DNA of 64,000 bases from Nemertoderma westbladi. Its lineage: Eukaryota > Animalia > Xenacoelomorpha. A program made the translations under genes and the position numbers. The stretch is from NCBI GenBank assembly GCA_032718475.1, contig JAUCBJ010007289.1, positions 186,001 to 250,000 on the forward strand. Direction: 5' to 3'. The notes under the pieces were generated by a model, which worked only from the letters and a program-made list of their open reading frames with translations, was not told where the DNA came from and ran no database searches. Shown here piece by piece: positions 62,668 through 64,000 of the stretch; the stretch's first letter is position 1; every line of letters starts with the position of its first letter.

Positions 62668-64000
62668 TGTTGTGGGAGCGCTAGAGAGTCGTCCCTCTAG
62701 CCTTCCAACTTCTTATATTATATCAAAAGGTTATATATATAATGATATCGTGTAATGAAACAATATAGGCCGTTAGGTACCGGTAGGTATGTGACAGCAG
62801 TATATATATATGAACTCAATGTTGATCTAGTTGCTAGGAAACCCCCGCAGTTGCCACAGAGATCAACCAATCAAAAACACGGGTTATCAGTGACCATTAG
62901 CCCCGAAGGGGCAGTCCGCTACACCACCCCCCCTAGTGATAAACCCAAGGTGTTTTGGTTCCTGTAAAACGTGTGGGCTGTTGTGAAACGCGTCCAGATC
63001 GAGTTGTTACGGCGGGTCGCGGTTGAACAGTTTGTTCCGGTGTACAGGGTGGGTTTTGGGTGGTGGTATCCACCAGGGTGGGTGTGTCGTCCACGAAAGC
63101 TTGCTTCAGGCGGTCGACAGAGACGTTGGTCGAACGACCGTTGACAGACAGTGTGTAAAACTTGTCCGCCCGTGCCAGAACGCGGAAGGGGCCGTTGTAC
63201 TGACACTGCAGAGGGCCTTTGTGGGCGTCATGGCGGACAAAGACGTTGTCCGTTCGCAGCAGGTCAGGCGGGACGTGTGTGTGGCGGTGTTCCTGGCCAT
63301 GGCTGGTCGTTGGTGTTGCGCGAAGGCGGCGCATCGAGTTCCTGAGGCCAGTGATAAACTCGCCGTGGTCGGGACAAGTGTCGCTCGAGAGTTCGGAGGA
63401 TGAGAAGAACTCTCCGGGGAGGCGAATCGTTGTCCCGTAGAGGAGTTCGGCTGATGTGCAGCCGAGGTCTTCTTTCGGGGTAGTCCGTATCCCGAGGAGG
63501 ACAATCGGGAGTTCATCCACCCAGTTCGGGCCGCGGAGGCGAGCTTTAAGGGACGCCTTAAGCTGCCGGTGGAATCGTTCCACGATGCCATTGGACTGTG
63601 GGTGGTAGGCTGTGGTGTGGTGGGCGTGGGAGCCGAGCAACTCGTTGAGGGAGGCCCACAGTTCGGACGTAAACTGGGATCCACGGTCCGACGAGATGTG
63701 TGCCGGGACGCCATAGTGGGCCACCCAATGGGCGAGCAGTGCACGGGCGCAGGAGATAGTGGTGGAGTCAGCCATTGGGACGGCCGTGGGCCATCGGGTG
63801 AATCGGTCTACAATGGTAAACAAGTAACAGGCGCCTTGAGAAGGAGGAAGGGGACCCACGATGTCGACTTGGATCTTCTCAAAGCGTCTGTCTGGGGTTT
63901 CAAAACGTTCGAGTGGGGCGGAGACGTGGCGCTGAGTTTTAGCCCGCTGGCAACCGACGCACTCCTTGGCCCACTTCCCGACATCGCGGTGTAAACCGTG
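62668..64000 (-). mobile_element. Ty3/Gypsy LTR retrotransposon, 3' part
   Basis: Integrase ORF, PPT AGGGGGGGTGG (62924-62934) and LTR TGTAGCGG...CACAACA (62668-62923). Confidence 0.9.
62933..64000 (-). CDS. Gypsy integrase (CsRn1-like), 5'-partial
   Basis: WAKECVGCQ (HHCC end), VDIVGPLPPSQG, IVDRFTRWP, SDRGSQFTS, YHPQSNGIVERFH, NGPFRV, TTRSGR. Confidence 0.93.
   Translation of the reverse strand, partial: HGLHRDVGKWAKECVGCQRAKTQRHVSAPLERFETPDRRFEKIQVDIVGPLPPSQGACYLFTIVDRFTRWPTAVPMADSTTISCARALLAHWVAHYGVPAHISSDRGSQFTSELWASLNELLGSHAHHTTAYHPQSNGIVERFHRQLKASLKARLRGPNWVDELPIVLLGIRTTPKEDLGCTSAELLYGTTIRLPGEFFSSSELSSDTCPDHGEFITGLRNSMRRLRATPTTSHGQEHRHTHVPPDLLRTDNVFVRHDAHKGPLQCQYNGPFRVLARADKFYTLSVNGRSTNVSVDRLKQAFVDDTPTLVDTTTQNPPCTPEQTVQPRPAVTTRSGRVSQQPTRFTGTKTPWVYH

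Overview
Eukaryotic (metazoan, probably invertebrate) genomic DNA, almost entirely made of nested transposable elements. One clear host exon is visible: a phase-1/phase-1 calcium-binding EGF exon on the minus strand (10011-10136). The window holds three distinct BEL/Pao LTR-retrotransposon families, here called A, B and C; A2 (36273-52266) and B1 (19990-31897) are full-span with 5-bp TSDs. It also holds a CRE-like RLE non-LTR element, an L2/CR1-type LINE with an SGNH-esterase ORF1 and a 2A-like peptide, a split RTE-like LINE, a Penelope-like element with a hammerhead-like motif, a piggyBac-like end and a Ty3/Gypsy integrase with its LTR. Two observations stand out. (1) Families A and B have no tRNA-type (TGG) primer-binding site. 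The sequence directly after the 5' LTR is instead complementary to a site inside the element's own LTR, with compensatory changes between diverged copies and flanking U5 hairpins, which suggests Tf1-like self-primed reverse transcription in BEL/Pao. (2) All three families carry a homologous non-envelope accessory gene in the env position (intact 1212-aa copy at 3591-7229), ending in a triple CCHC knuckle plus a conserved W-E-x-x-A-D...R...G-F/V domain. All alignments were made by eye; no database searches were run.
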